Numbered from the stretch's first letter, positions 12,848 through 27,204 are shown. The stretch: DNA of 64,000 nt from Phallusia mammillata (GCA_965637545.1 OZ281500.1:2418001-2482000); one strand, 5' to 3'. A program made the numbers and translations. Notes: generated by a model not told the origin, from the sequence alone.

Positions 12848-12965
12848 CATTTTTTTTTTCACGGGGTTCGAACCCAGGACTCTCCCGGGGACGAATCCCG
12901 ATCAGTTTTTTTTTATGTCTGTATATGGGTCAGGCGCGCCAGACCGTTCGGCCAAGTTCCTGCCC
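12848..12965 (-). mobile_element. tRNA-derived SINE-like retroposon
   Basis: Minus strand has A-box TGGCCGAACGG, B-box GGTTCGAACCC and an A-tail. A 12-bp TSD ttaaatgccaaa lies at 12836-12847 and 12966-12977. The paralogous empty site is at ~34623-34636. Confidence 0.8.
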
Positions 12966-13279
12966 TTAAATGCCAAATAGCTTAAATTTACGATGTTTGT
13001 AATTTACTGTGTCATCTAGTGGACACATCAATTGTCACTTTCAATTTGGTGTTTGATTTAGGTAAAATTGAGCCGTAACTAGAACATCGTAGTGCACCAG
13101 GTTCTTTAAAGGCTTTATGCTTTGAAATACCTACAACTTAGAATATTTGGCATCTCTTGCGTCACCCAGTGGCATAAATGAAACTTTGCTTGTCAACGTG
13201 TTTTTGATAGTTTTAGAACTCAGTTTTCGTTAAAACCTTTAGTATTGTTCATTTTTACCACGACTAATCTGTTTCATAG

Positions 13280-14841
13280 ATTGCTTAAAGATGAATATCT
13301 TCCTGCGACTAGGTGGCTGCAACTACGCAGGTGAAAGCTGGATGTCAACAATCAGGTGTTGGAAAATGAAAGGGTGAACTTGATGTGAGTGTTGGTATAT
13401 TAGCTATTAGCCTGTTCTGGTATAACGTTGACATTGTTGAAATTATTTTTTTTTTAAATTATTGTTATTTTTAGTTTTGGACCTAATGGACATGTACGTC
13501 CAAGTTGTTAACACTGTAAGCTTGGGTTTCTTTTTTTAAAGACAACCTACAATGTAATGTGTAAATGGTCGGTGAACTACTGAACATTAGGCATCTCGGT
13601 GGATATAAAGGTGGCACTACCTTGTACGTATACTGGTCGAACATAGGCAATTTGCGTTTAAAAGCAATATTGAAATTTGATACCTGGCTTATGCAATGGT
13701 CAACTATTTTGTTGATCCAGGTTTACGACCTGGAAACGTTGTTTTCTGACAAAAAGATGCTACGTGCGATCCTAAAGGATGACTAGGAGATTAGAAGGAG
13801 AATGCAAAAGAAGATGTTAGCAAACTTTTCTTCATGTCTGGGCGAAACTGGTTGGAAAAATATCATTAAGATAAAGCTATTATGTGAATCATCTCACCAT
13901 ATTAAGTACTTTCAAAGTGTGATCGGTGTTTTGTCCTTTTGATGCAAAATCGTATTTACTCATACGTTGGTTTTATTCTTGGAAATGTTTTGGACACTGT
14001 TCTTAGAAATCGTTTCATCTTGTATGCCAAAACTCTTTAAACACTTAGTCGAAAACCTTATGTAGTATTTCGTGTTAAATGGTAATATTTTTCATGTAGA
14101 CGCTTGGGAAAGTAGAATATGTTTCTAGTGGCATAAACAGACTCAACTCGTTCCGCCTTTAACGTGCATATTCTTCTTTCGCGTCTTTCAGCTCTGAGAT
14201 TTGTAGTCAGTAGAAATACACGGGTTAACACCTGACCCCTCGTTTATCACTGTTGTATATTATATCAGTAAACTTGCTAAATGTACGCAAATGTACCATT
14301 TGTTTATTTGGAGGAATATTTGTCGTTGTTTTGTTTACAGAACACCACCTATGCTACTGAAATCTTAATTAAACTGTAGGTGAATCTGTTGTCTTGTTTA
14401 ACTGTGTTTCTTTTTAACGGCTCAAAACTTTGACTGAAAAACTGTTTGATTGCACAATTGTAGTGGCTGTTGTACAATGTTACGCGCACGCTAGGGGGAG
14501 TAAAAGATCTAACAACAGTTATAAACTGGCTGAGGCTACACTTCAGCGTGTAACGTGCATATTCCCTTTGTTGCTTTTTGCTTTGTGTTTTATCAATGTC
14601 AGGCACACAAACAGGCAAATGTAGTGCCCATCTTTGTGGCTTGCACTAGCATATTGTTTCAGTGTGTGTGTTTTTCCAGTGAATCTAGAGAATCGTGTTG
14701 AGTATAACATCTAGTTTGGATGCTGGAATAACTATCTTCGAATTGTTTGTTCATAGAACCTGGATACTGGCGAACTACGTACACAGATTCGTCTCACAGA
14801 TCACACAGATTATGTTTATCCACGCAAATCTCCATGCAAAC
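13280..14841 (+). other. Cryptic exon set, unit 2 (X1 13280-13384, X2 13475-13515, X3 13721-13870 with donor mutated to AT, X4 14757-14841)
   Basis: AG/GT boundaries sit at positions homologous to those in units 1, 3 and 4. In-frame stops are present, so the set is degenerate or non-coding. Confidence 0.55.
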
Positions 14842-15525
14842 GTAAGTAAGTCTAATTTTGATTATTATAGGTGTCAGTCGCCAACCGCCTGGTTTATTTA
14901 ACTGTGTCCCAAAATAATTATTTGCCCATTTCCTAGCCACGCAATCGCAACATAAATCACCACTCTGACTTTGTCACTAAAAAACGTGTTACACGATATT
15001 ATTTACAAGCACAATAAAACAGCGATCGTTCCGGAAATGTTTAAATGTGGACTTTAGCACAACAAAAACCCGAAAAGGTATTTACACGAAACATAAATGC
15101 GCAACAAAGGGCAAAACCTAATGTGTCAAGATCTTTGAGTTTTGTGTAATATCACCATATTTAATCATAACTTAGATTCCTTTATTACTATTATTGGGTC
15201 CTCTAAGTTTTAACTATACATTCGCCCTCTGTAAATATCACATACATGTTGTGGGAAAAGTGTGTTATGCCACCCTTTCTACAAACACACAAAGGAACGC
15301 TAAAGTATTAAAAAATCCAAAAACATGCAAAAATACAAATATCACAGCATCAGCAATAGCGAAAAGGATTCACACCAAAGTAATTAAACGGCAAAGCGTC
15401 GAAATTTAGCGTGTAAAAACAACACGCGAATAATATGACGAAATCTACGTATTGCGTGTAACATTATTAGCTTCATAAAAGCGTTACATTGGCGTAGGTA
15501 ATAGCATCATTTACATTGGTTTGAT

Positions 15526-18469
15526 TCACAACTTTCGATTATGTAAGTCTTTGGTGAGCATTTTGTGGGCCGCAGACTTTGCAAAAAAACATAACTACGC
15601 GAGAGAAAGTTTTGAATTTAAATCGAATCCGTCAACCGTTGTGGCAAAAGTGTTCCTGCATGGTAAAATATGGAGGGGGAGCTTTCGTAGGGTGTAGTTA
15701 GTGGCCTGATTTTTAACTCCCATTCACACTTCGCCAACATTTTGACAATTTCAACAAATATTTCTTCCACACAGCAGTTGTCATACACAAACTGACAAAG
15801 TTTTATTTCATGTTTTATGGCAGCAAGGCACTCCTCGTAGCGTTGTAGCCTGCATAAGTTTGCAACCAAAGAGAATGCAGCAAATACGGACCTCTCTGAA
15901 TATTTAGGACTTTCTAAATAAATCGACAACTGAAACGCCATTTTGTCAAACCTAATCGCATCATGGGGTCGGCCGGCCTCAACCAGGTGTTTAGAAATAT
16001 GTAGATAAACTAGTTCGGAATCATCTGTCACAGATTGCTTAGGTATATTTGTTTTACGAAGCAATTCCATCTTTTCTTTCCAAAGTTCGTTTAATAACAT
16101 TTCTGCTTCTGGTAGCCGGCCTAATTCTGCCAGGGAGTAACTTTATACACAAGCAACTGATCAACTCTTCCCGAGGTCTTCCATTTTAATGCTTTGTCAC
16201 AGTAGAAAAGAGCTTCTTCGTACCTTTTCAGTTTGTACAGACTTGCGCATGTATAAAAAAATCCCGTATTTAAAATAAAGTCGGTTTCCTCATTTACATG
16301 CTGTTTTCGTCGTTCGGATATCAATTCTTCATTAACCGTAAGAGCTTTGTCATAACAACCCACTTTAATCAGGCACTCATTAAAGCAATACAACAGAGCA
16401 CAAAGACGAGGACTGTCTAACTTTGTGGCAGGATCCTTTTTTGCTTCCTTGTATGCGAGCTCAAAAGCATTCTGTGCCTTTTTGTAGTCTTTGTGCATCA
16501 TGTGGAGATTTCCAATTTCCACGTTGATCAGCACCCTTGATTGACCCGTAATTTCATTCAAATAAACTTCAGATAACATTTCTGTGTATTCCAATGCTTT
16601 TCCGTACCTTTTTAACATACTTAAACAGAAACAGCTTTGCAACAAGAACATCGATATAAGAACATGGTCTTCAATTAAACTTGGCGAATGAAGTATGGTT
16701 AATGCGTCATCACAGATTTTAAGTGCTACTTCATATTCCTCACGTTGAAGCAAACACATCACACGCATAAGCTGCAATGCCGTTTCGTATTTTACATCTA
16801 AATTCTCGTCAGACGTTGTACACGCATCAAATAGTTCTAAAGATGGCACAAACAAACGCAAACTAAATGCCAGCGCCGCTGCGCGACTTGGCGACTCCTT
16901 GAAATCAATGGTTACGAGACTTCTTTCATATTTAAAGCAAAAAACGACGTAGTGTTGAAGTTCTACCGCGATATTTATTCCACTTATAACTGCCATGTTG
17001 CCTATGCCTTTTGTAATGTATTCTGTATCTGTTGGCTGAGACAAAATCAATGGGTGAAGATGTACAATGTCATCTTGGCCTGAAGTTTTGCTGTACCACC
17101 TTAATCGCATTTCACATGCAACTGCTACCGAAAATTGAAGTTTACCGTGTAACGTCTCATTCATTAAACGACGATCCAGCAGTTCGTCAAGGATATCAAA
17201 ACAGGTTAACATGTTACATTTGTACAAACGACCCAGAGCCAAAACAAAAAGAGAACAACTTCGTGAAACAACACGCTTTATGTCAACTTTTGCAGCTAAA
17301 TTGCCGTGCTTTATTTGGTAGAGATCGAAATCTTCTTTAATATTTTGTTGTGCTCGTTGGTTGAAGATGGGCATCTGATTTAGTTTTTGTTCGACTTTTG
17401 ACTCAAACTCTTCAGAAAGAATGGAATCGCCGAATACAAAACAAGTTTTTGTCAACATATCTGCTAAATGATACCCGTTTTTTAAATCCTCTTCTGTTTC
17501 CAAGTACTTTACCATCTCACTGACTGGTTTGATCAGCTCAGTTTTCCACGGCTTCTTCTGTGTCTTTGTTTGTCTTCCCAATGGATTCTTGCTTGCTTGA
17601 GGAGCAAATCCATCAGGACTAATTCCACATGGAGTATATGCGTCATAAAACCAGTTCTTCTCTTCGTTTAAAGGGTTATTAAGACATGGAATTGCCAGAA
17701 ATTTGAGTAAAGTTTCACCGAGACGAACCAGCATCATTTGGTAAACTGTTGAAAACCATTCGAAATATTTCAAAACGTTTTTGTAATCAGGTTGGTCTTG
17801 AATTCCTTCTTCCAATACAATAATACTCTCAAAATCGGAATATGGAGTAACTTCGTTTTTGGCCAACGAACCCATTCCTAATAAAGCAAACTTACAAGGT
17901 GCTTCTCCCATTATGTAAAGAGTATGTTTTGCGATGAAACCCATTATGTCTTTGTATGTTTCGGTAACATAATCCTGCAGTTTCCTCACTTGTTCCACTC
18001 TCTGTCTCCGTATTGAATTAAGCTCATTTCCTTTTAAGTCGTCAGACATCGGTCTTAGCTCACTAAGCTTATCTTTTGTTTTTTTACGAAATATTTGAAT
18101 ATTTTTTTTGATTTCGGCAACAGCTTTACTCACCAGCTCAGTATCTGGATTTTCAGCATGAGCCAACGTCATAATATGCAAGCACATGTCATCAAGATCT
18201 TTACTAATCTCATCAGCATTGTCGGGCTGCCTTATCACAGCTGATGTCAATAAAGCAACACTTTAAATGAGACTGATCTGATCTGTACTTTTCTCTTTGT
18301 ACGCAAGTCCCAACTGATGCAAAGTTTTTGCTGATTCTTTTGAATCTTTTTCCACACCATTGTCATAACATCGTTTCCTCAACTTAGTTGCTAAATCGCT
18401 GATGACTACGTCTGTTATTATATCGTTCAAGCAATCGGACGAATCTTTGCATTCAGACATTTTTAGCAT
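15526..18469 (-). pseudogene. Copy C: NTase-TPR pseudogene
   Basis: Nonsense CAA>TAA at 18263-18265 (ISLI*SVAL), a frameshift at ~16130-16140, and a further stop at 15618-15620 plus a homopolymer shift in the tail. NTase motif GMGSLAKNEVTPYSDFES is retained. Confidence 0.88.
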
Positions 18470-19305
18470 TACTTGTTTTTGTTTGACTTCACAGGTTTCC
18501 TGCAAAACTTCAAAATATACAACACACTTAAATTTGTTGACGCGTTACCTAATTAAACTAATCGCCTTGTTAAAAAAAACAAGAGGTAGTGTAAATCCTT
18601 TGGCCAGGTTCACCGGTGTGTTACTCATTCAAATTTGGCACTAAAAATCTGTTTCTAGGTGTTAATGCTACCTGACAGTTAAACTGGTGAGCTGCTTATA
18701 CATTGTGCTGGATAAATGTGTTTGCCTAATTGATGCGAAATGACTCATTTCCGTTTAATGTGAAATATTATCACCTTTTAAATTGCACGCTAGATGTTTT
18801 GCCAACAGAACGCAGGATGTCCTGTTCCTTTTGCACACGGCTCATTTTCAAGACAAAAACGTTTAGGCTTGCCGTTGTTAAACAAACTAAAACCATGTAT
18901 TTCTAAATTGGATGATTAATGTATATTTTTTCGTAACTTTTATTTGCATGTGTTTTCTTTTTAAATCCAAGCTTTCTGTATGTACTTGTTAAGTACATTA
19001 TACATTTTGGAAGATTATGTCAACCAATGTAGCTCCGTATGAGCTGAAAATACTCGCGGCTGTCGACTTTCCACCGTTACTGGCAGTTCCTAGCTTCCTA
19101 CAATCCATGGTAGCCAATAGCAAAGACCTCTGTACACGCCCCTTGATACATATTCTTTTTTCTGCCGACTAAAAACATGTTTTAAGGACTTTGCTGTAAG
19201 TCGCAGTTGTTACGAAACATAACTGACTGTTTTCATTGTTTGCCACTACACACGCCGTACCGTTTATTTTGTCTTCTATTCGATGTTAATTCTGGTCCAA
19301 TGCAC

Positions 19306-19515
19306 TTATGGTTCGGGACCAGGAAGGCCAGCTGGACCAGCAGTTCCTGGAGGACCCCTTATTGTTGACTGGTTAGAAGGACATGCAGGTTGTTGTTCAA
19401 ACAACGAGTCGAGCGGTCGGCAAACCAAATAATTCTGTTGATGGTTCAGATAACTATAACCCTTGTTTACAACTATCAAGAGGAAAGCTAGCCTGAATAA
19501 CAGGTACAGAGACAT
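19306..19515 (-). pseudogene. Orphan first exon of a secreted collagen-like (ficolin/collectin-style) protein
   Basis: ATG at 19515 is followed by a hydrophobic signal-like MSLYLLFRLAFLLIVVNKGYS and five G-X-Y triplets (GPPGTAGPAGLPGPE), then TAA in a donor-like context (cc-ataagt). No downstream exons recognised. Confidence 0.55.
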
Positions 19516-20460
19516 CCTGTCTAGTTAATAAACCAACACGCGCTTTTGCGTTGTTTTAACCGAGTGACTAGCGAAAATGACTCGCCGCAACACAACAAAA
19601 GTTTTTGGTTCAAATCAAACTACCTACTTTAGCCTAAATATATAACTATTGTGGCGTATTTGGCATTTCAATCGTCGTACTACTACATATTTGACATTTT
19701 GGATTGTAAGAGTTGTTGACCAGTTGGCGCCAGTCTGCAATACCGCAATAGCTGCACGGGATTTTTTGTACACATTGCAGCGTTTTAACAAGTTTTAGTA
19801 TATATTGCGTCATTTATCAGTAAATAAGTTTCGTAAATCTGTAAACGTTTTTATCATTTCCAACGTTTATTTGTCGACAACTGAAATCACGTTTTTTTGA
19901 TAACATAATTTTATTGCTGTGTGAATGTTTCGCAAGTTAGGGGATTTGCTGGGGGGATTTCCTAGTTTTCACAGCGGGAAGTTTTGAAGATCCGAAATTC
20001 TGTGATTTTGCGACCGATAAAAGTCAAAAAACTAATAGACCTCGCTGATAATGTACTTTGAGGGAAAAATGAAGTATACGAGACAATAGTTTGCACTTGC
20101 AGGCAGGAACTAAACTCAGAGACAGTTAAGAAACGTTTAATTTGAAGAAACAATTTGTCTTGCTAATGTTTAATTGTACATTTATAGATTTGTCTCTTTT
20201 TTGTCTAATACTTCCAGCTTTTAATGGGCAGAGTTTGACAATATGAAAAAGGTTTTCATGTTTGAAAAATGATTTTGTCCAAAGTGTTGCAAATGGAACC
20301 TCAAAACAACCAAACCCTAGTTTAGTCACTTTCAATATTGTCAAGTTTTTGTGTATACCTGGAACAAAAATTATAATTGGTATGTATATGTATGTGTGGC
20401 ATGAACATTGCAAAACATTATGACCACAATTATAAATATTTTGGTTGCTTGGAGCATTAT

Positions 20461-20620
20461 TATCACCTCTTGGCACAACTTTATGTCGCTTGGCGCACAT
20501 TTACATCTCTTGGTGCACATTTATATCGCTTGGTGCACTTTTACATCCTTTCATGCACATTTATATCACTTGGTACACAGTTATATTGCTTGGTTCACCT
20601 TTATGCCACTTGGCACGCCT
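20461..20620. repeat. Minisatellite, 20-bp unit (consensus ttatatcgcttggtgcacat), ~8 copies
   Basis: Exact 20-nt periodicity visible from 20461 to 20620. Confidence 0.9.
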
Positions 20621-23600
20621 GTATAAGGGTGTACTAAATATCCATGGTAAATGTACAAGACATAACTATAGCTACTAATTCTGCCTGTGAGAAAAAAATA
20701 CATAATTAAAATTAATGTACATGAAATCGGAATACAGGTTCCTATTGCTAAAGTTGGAATTTCGTATCCTTTGTTATGTAACTAATCCAGTATCTGCAGA
20801 TTGGGGTTTAACAAATTTTATTAGTCATCAGTTTTATTCATATAATATATGTTCAGTTATTTGACTGATGCTGCAACTGAAAGTTGAATAATTAGGAGGT
20901 TTGTATTTCAAAATTCAGTTTGTCCATTGAAATAGTTGTGATCACTGTGTTCAATTAAAATGAGAAAAGTGGTTACAGCATTTACTTGTTTGTACTAAAA
21001 AAATTTCTTGTTTGAAATAATATGGACAGTTGTTACAATAAAGTACACAAGAAAGCAAAATTGGCTGCGTTGTAGAAAAAAATGTACACCATTTATTACT
21101 CATACATACTCTGATGAAAACCGTTGTCATCATTATTCAAATACTGCACAAGTGTGTTTATATACTAAGAAGGTAACAGGAAAAGAGATCAATCAATTTG
21201 GTCGCAACCGATAAATAGTGACAGGCAGCTTAGTATTAAAAAAAAGCTAAATAAAGGTAATAAAGGATTAAAAAGTTACATGGATTTGTTGATGTTTATT
21301 TCCAGTCCATTTTGTTAATTACAAAGCGATTCTAAAAACAAAAGTTAAACATGATCTGATGCTATTTGCAAGTTGATGCTATGCATGGCGTTTCTTTTTT
21401 GTCTATCATTTTAATGCTCTTGTTTTTATTTGTGCATTTTTACCTGATAACGGCAATTGTTTTTGTTGAAGTTCCTGAGTAATAAAGGGTTAATGTTTTC
21501 TTTTTACAGTAATGTCACAACAAGGTTATTAAACATTTACCCATGAATTAGCCATACGATTTAGGTTCACTGAAAATGGCATAAAGCTGTGTGTCAACTT
21601 TTTGAAATAACAGTAGTTTTTTATTTTGCTGGCATTTAGAGTCCTTGCAACTGCAAGAATATTTGTGAATATTGCTGCCCATTATTTGCATGTTACATTT
21701 AATTTTATGTCATACAAATTATTTATTGTTTTTACTCAACCAGTAATAGTTTGTTGCAGCATAATGTAGATATAAATGATGTAAATATGCTTAGGTTTTC
21801 ACCAAATGCAAATCTCTTTCCCACATATTGGTTCACAATACCTTTTAAGACTGGATTATTTTCTGTTTAACTTGCTACACAAGCTGAGTAGAACCTAGTA
21901 AGTTGAACTCTTTCCTGTTTATTCACATGATACTGTTATTCACATAAAAAAGCTTGGCAAATTGATTAAAGGGTTAACCAGATTGATCTATACGCATTCT
22001 GATAGGCCACTTAAATATTTGTTGAATTGTTATTAGACATGGCTTTAGACCAGGGGTGGCCAACCTATGGCGCATGCACCAAACAATATGCGTTGCTTGA
22101 TTAGAAGTGGTGCATTGCTTGATTGAAAGGAGTTGTAAAGACCTATCCAAAATTAAAAGCTAAAACTTATTTGTCTTATTTGATGTCAGGAGGTATAAGT
22201 AACAAACAAAACCAATTCCCTTGCACAATTCTATATGTGTTATCTCTAAAATATAGGTGAAGCTACTTCCGCACCTGTCGATGAAATGGCTTTTAAAGAA
22301 TTGAGAAATTTAGCTTTTTCCCTTAAGCTTTAGCTGAGATTTGAATATTCAGCATTGTCAGGTTTTTCTGTCAGGTTTTTTTGGCTATTTTTGATGTAAA
22401 AGGAAACTGTCACTTAGACTTTTTAACACTGAATTTTAGACAAACACAGTCTGGTAGTTTCCGCTTTGTTCATAAAGATTATGCTGGATGGGGGTTGCGC
22501 TGCATTAAAAAAATCGAAATGGAGTCGCACAGAAAATTTTTATGTTGTCTTTAGAAAAAAGAACTACTTTCATGAATGTTGTCTTGAACATTATTCTTTT
22601 TTCTGTTAAAGATACAGTTTAATAATCAAACTAGAAAATATTGAATTTTGTACTGGTATTATCCTGTAACTGCTCAATGTATGTACTGTATCATATTTAT
22701 GTGACCGTGAGGTGCCAGGCTTCTGATCAAGCAGTAAATCACCCCTATTTTGACCAGTTTACAACTGAGGCTCAGTCCATTTAAAATACAAGTTGTCAAA
22801 TCTATTGTCACAAGATAAAGTCTCTATTTGGCATGGACTTTTGTGTCCAAATCCAAAATACAGAGGTACAGGGAAAAATACATAAATTGTCTTTTTTTAC
22901 AAACTAGAGACCTTAAGTGCGAATTTGATTGGACGAATGTTGTATTCCAGAGTTTGATTTGACCAGTCAAATTTGTGTTAAAACTGAACAGTTTGTAAAA
23001 ATCACATTATAAGGTTTTGTGGCGCATTTGAAACCCTATGTTAAAAGGTTGGCGCAGAGTATGTATAATGTTGGCTTTATCACATGTTACTCTAACTTTG
23101 CTGCTGATTTGACAATCCTAAATCTGAAACTTTTAAACATTAAATATTTTATGGTAATAAAAAAAAGTTTACATTCATACATGGGGCTTTGTCTGCAATC
23201 AAATTTAATTAATCAACCTTAAATTTTAACAACAGGTTTTGTAACAAGTTTTATGTCAATAAACTTTTTAACCCAACTTTACTTTGCTTTTTTCCTATTG
23301 CATGGGTTTATTTTTTCTGAGTGTTTGAAGCAGATTAATATACCTCTTTTGTTTTGTTGCAAAATATTCTTTACTCCTGTTTTTTTCGGAAGGTGTTGTG
23401 ACACTCTTCTGATAAAAAATATAATCTTGCTTGCCATAAATTTTGGCTTGAACAGTGACATTAGAGGGTTATATTGTAAACAAACGGCATTCGTATGTAT
23501 TAACATCAAACTACGGCCCGCCACCGCATTTTTTGGTTTGCCAAATCGTATTGATAAATTTGTAACATTCAAAAATTATGAAAATTTACGAAAAAATTTC

Positions 23601-25222
23601 CCTGTCGCGATATGTAGAATTGATATTACCTAGTTTCATTGGATTGCAACGCCAAGGATTGATCCAAGTCGGTTTGTTACGTCACAAACAAGACTACAAG
23701 TGTTAATTGTGCGCAAACATTTGTCTTATTTTGTTATTTGTGACGTAATGTAGCGTTGGTCGTAAGATGAGACTAACTATACAGTTTAACAGTCGCATCA
23801 CCAGATTTTAAATGGGATTGTAGAAAGACCATATCTTGGCCCCCTATAAAAAACGCCTCGAGGGCAAAGATTGGAAAGACGGCGCTAGGGCTTGTAAACT
23901 ATGCGGCCCGCGCGAATCATTATTAAAATTATCCGGCTCGCAGTGAAAAAAGTTTGGTGACCTTTGATTTATATTTATGATCATGCGGGCTACTCTTTGT
24001 GGTTTGAACTTAGCGCTTCACTGCACAAACCAAGGCAAGACACTCGTCACCGACCATCCAATTTTAACACGTAAATTCGTTTTTCTTTTACTGTGCGAGT
24101 GCAATTTTGCTTGTTATGACATTCTACTGTTGTTTAAGGTAAGAATGACAAGTGCGACGCACTTAAATATGCTTAATTGTCGACTTACGTTGACTGAGTT
24201 TTAACACAGACTAATGTGAAACAGGTTTATTTGTTTCGCTTTTTATCACTGTTTGACAAACCTGATATTTTGATACTTTGAGTTAAAAGAGCGACACTAT
24301 CATAATAATCAATAAATTCGCACAGTGTACAATAGCAGGCGCCACCTTTTCGTCTTAGTGTTGTGTACAGCGGTCAGATAATGAACTTATTACTGCTCCA
24401 TCGTATATTTTCCATTTCATCAACGTAAAACTCATATGTGTATCCAGCATACCGACCTCGAAACCGTGTTTCATGGTTAGAAGATGACGATCCTACAAAG
24501 GACGACGAAAAATAGATGGAGGATGCGAATAATGAAAGTAAAAAACAAATTAACAGGTAATGTCATTTTAAATATTCCGTTATTTAGCGTCGTTACAGAT
24601 ACAAATATAACGTTTGTTGTATTATAAGTATTATAGAATAACCGCGTTTTTATGTACAGTTTGACGCGGCAGTGTAAATAGGTCCTAGGTACAGCTCTTT
24701 TAAAATTCATTTTGTTGTCATAATAATCTTCCCATATTATCTTTTTTACTGGTTTAAATAGAGTCGTGTCTTATGTTTGTTGCCTCACATTGTGTCCAAT
24801 TCCATTTCGGTAGAAACAAAAGCACTTAAATAATTTTCTGGCTATTACTTTTTTGAATAAAGTGGTGCATAAATCGAATCCATTTACGATAAAGTTCCCA
24901 CAACGCAAGTGAGCATTGTGTTAATTAGTAAAAGAATGTGCTTTGATCTTAACAATGTGCGCAATGATTCACCCTGTTTAAAGCACATGACTTAACCAGT
25001 TAAGGCTAACCCTTAGCTAGACACTGTATGGATAAAGGAAATTTCCTTTTAACGTGGGTTGTGTGCTTGAAGATACCTACAACTAAGAATAGTTGGCACC
25101 TCTTGCGTCATCTGGTGATAAAAAGCAAACTTCGCTTGTCAATGTGTTTTTTGGTAGTTTTAAATCTCAGTTTACATCAAAACCTTTTGTATTTCCGTTA
25201 CCACCACTAATCTGCTTCATAG

Positions 25223-26981
25223 ATTGCCCAAAGATGAATATCTCGCTGCGATTACGAAGTTGAAAGCTGAATGTCAACATGCCGGTGTTGGAAAAGGAAA
25301 GGAACTCGATGTGAGTGTTGTTGTATTAGCTAATAATCATTTATACTTGTCCGCGTATAACGCTGATATTGTTGAAATTAAGCTTAAAAATGATTTTGTA
25401 CTCGTGTTTTTAGTATTGGGCCTAATGGTCATGTACGTTCAAATTGTTAACACCGTAAGCTTACACAATACAATGTTTATATGGTCGGTGAACTAATGGA
25501 CAGTAGACGGCTTGGTGGACATAAAGGTGGCACTACCTTGGCTTGTAAGTATACTGTACACGTCAAACATCGGCAATTTTCGTTTAAAAGCAATAAATAA
25601 ATTCAATATTACATTTTTAATACCTTGCTTATGCAATGGTCAACGACTAGTTTTCAAGTTTTATAATTTTTAACAATTAAGTCAAATGTAACATCACATT
25701 TTGTGTTCTGCACCTTTTTTTCCGGCGCTCAAAACTCTTTGGCAGTTTTTCTTTTGGTGTTTTTTTCCTCGAACCCCAGCCACTTTCCCTAACACTTTAG
25801 ATGCCAACTTGACTATTTTGTTGTTCCAGACTTGGATACGGTGTTTTCTGACAATAAATGCCCTGTGCGCTCCAGAGAATGACGAGGAAATACAGAAGCT
25901 GGTGTTTTTTCATGGCTGTGCGAAACTGGTTGGAAAAACATCATTTAAGGTATACTATTATGTGAATCACCTCCGCCATGTTAAGCACTTTCAAAGTGCA
26001 ATCAGTGTTTTTGTCCTTTTGATGCAAAATGTTATTTACTACTGCCTAGGTTTTATTCTCGGAGTATTGGACACTTTTTTTACAAATCGTTTCATATGGT
26101 TTTCCAACAACTATTTAAACACTGATATAAGTGGATCATTTTAGGAAGTATTCTGTGCCATTTGGTAACTTTTTTATACGTAGACGCCTGGGAAAGTGAA
26201 ATATGTTTCAAGTGGGATGAACAGACTGAGTATAAGCAAAATAGCACGTTTGTTTGGAATCAGACTTAACTCGTTCCGACTTTAATATGCAAATTCTTAT
26301 TCCGCGTCTTTTAGTCTTGAGTCAGTAGAAATACACGGAGGTAGCACCGAACCCTGTTTTATCACTTTTGTATATTAGAACAGTAACTTGAGAAATCTAC
26401 GTAAATGTACCATCTGTTTATTTGGTGGAACGTTTATTGTTGTTTTGTTACAGTAACAAAACGTAAGCTACACAAATCTTAATTAAACTTTAGGTGAATC
26501 TGCGTACATTTCAAGAATGTGTCTTATTTACCTGTGTTTCTTTTTAATGGTTTAAAATTTCAAGGATTTAGGAATTTATCATTAAATTAAAATATATTGA
26601 AAGCGGCTACTCTTTTTACCGATTTAAAACTGACTCAGAAACTGCTTGACTACATAATTGCAGTGATTGTTGTACAATGTTACAGATAGTCCTGTATCAC
26701 TTTGCAACAATTCACGCACACGCTAGGGGGAGTAAAAGATCTAATAACTGTTATAAACTGACGGGGACTGAACTCATGCGCTTTGTGTTTTATCATTATC
26801 AGGTATACAAAGAGGCAACTGGAGTGCCTATCATCTGCGTTTTGTACTAGCATATTGTCTAGTTAGTATACTATATGCTAGTAAAACTATCTTCGATTTA
26901 TTTGTTCACAGAACTTGGATACTTGCACACTCCGTGCAAAGATTCGTCTCTTTATTTAGCCACGAAAATCTCCTTTCTACT
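25223..26981 (+). other. Cryptic exon set, unit 3 (X1 25223-25310, X2 25414-25454, X3 25830-25949, X4 26912-26981)
   Basis: All four blocks have AG/GT boundaries. X1 is open as LPKDEYLAAITKLKAECQHAGVGKGKELD, and X3 is open as TWIRCFLTINALCAPENDEEIQKLVFFHGCAKLVGKTSFK. Confidence 0.55.
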
Positions 26982-27204
26982 GTAAGTAAATCTGCTTTTA
27001 ATTATAGGTCTTGGTTGCCAACCTTATGGTTGATTTATATGTGTTCCAAAATACTTTTTTGCCAATTTCCTAGCCACGCAATCGCAACTTTGTCATAAAA
27101 AAAACCGTTACGCGATATTATTTACAAGCACAACAACACAGCGACCGTTAGGAAATCGTTTAAATGTGGACCTTAGCACAGTAAAAGCTTTATTTAGTCA
27201 TACG

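Noticed and set aside
12848-12965. Functional tRNA gene
   Set aside because: No 3' acceptor strand, a T-stem mismatch, and poly(A) with TSD indicate retroposition.
20461-20620. CRISPR array (also 33294-33393, 61175-61640)
   Set aside because: Head-to-tail tandem repeats without unique spacers, no cas genes, and a eukaryotic context.
19550-24000. Degenerate transposase between TIR-like ends at 22051 and ~23950-23966
   Set aside because: No matching TIR pair or TSD could be established, and no transposase motif was found in the short ORFs.
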